A stretch of 64,000 nt of DNA from Eledone cirrhosa (taxonomy: Eukaryota): assembly GCA_964016885.1 (NCBI GenBank), contig OZ024743.1, forward strand, positions 145,328,001-145,392,000. The letters run 5' to 3'. How positions within the stretch are numbered: the first letter of the stretch is position 1; each line of letters begins with the position of its first letter. The notes beneath the pieces were generated by a model. It saw only the letters and a program-made list of their open reading frames with translations. It was not told where the DNA came from and searched no databases. This document shows positions 63,801 through 64,000 of this stretch, piece after piece. The position numbers and the translations under genes are program-made.

Positions 63801-64000
63801 TAGAATATAAATATACACAGATGCAATGGCAACAACGATACACAAACACACAGTAGTGACCAAAGATAGAATATAAATATACATAGATTCAATAGCAACA
63901 ACCATACATAAACACACATTAGTGATCTAAGATAGAATATAAATATACACAGATGCAATAGCAACAACCATACACAAACACACACTAGTGACCAAAGATA

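Larger units (their letters stand above)
25751..64000. repeat. 66-bp tandem satellite array, right arm (about 580 monomers; runs off the window end)
   Basis: Seen directly: same monomer and orientation, resuming at CGACCATACAAAAACACACACTACTGATC (25751) and uninterrupted to 64000. Confidence 0.99.

Noticed and set aside
1-64000. Dozens of Cys/Val/Leu/Ile-rich minus-strand ORFs as membrane protein genes
   Set aside because: They are translations of the 66-bp monomer in overlapping frames, broken by recurrent stops and indels, with no domains or gene structure.
1-64000. CRISPR array (66-bp period resembles repeat plus spacer)
   Set aside because: The whole unit repeats, with no unique spacers, leader or cas genes.

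Overview
About 96% of the window is a tandem array of one 66-bp A/C-rich satellite monomer (consensus CTAGTGATCTAAGATAGAATATAAATATACACAGATGCAATAGCAACAACCATACACAAACACACA, roughly 935 copies, all head-to-tail). The array has two variant domains (boundary near 20.9 kb) and irregular multi-kb block duplications. It is interrupted once, at 23430-25750, by a 2321-bp 5'-truncated non-LTR retrotransposon of the L1/Tx1 type on the minus strand, so the DNA is eukaryotic. The insertion has no target-site duplication; comparison with empty paralogous sites shows it replaced 30 bp of one monomer. The truncation falls at the start of the RT domain and fuses it in frame to a satellite-derived ATG, giving an open 687-aa endonuclease-less RT + zinc-knuckle ORF, followed by a highly structured 3' UTR with no poly(A) tail. 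The many hydrophobic satellite ORFs in the track are best explained as artefacts of the 22-codon monomer. I cannot establish a new biological system from this window alone; the satellite-RT fusion and possible satellite targeting are the best leads.
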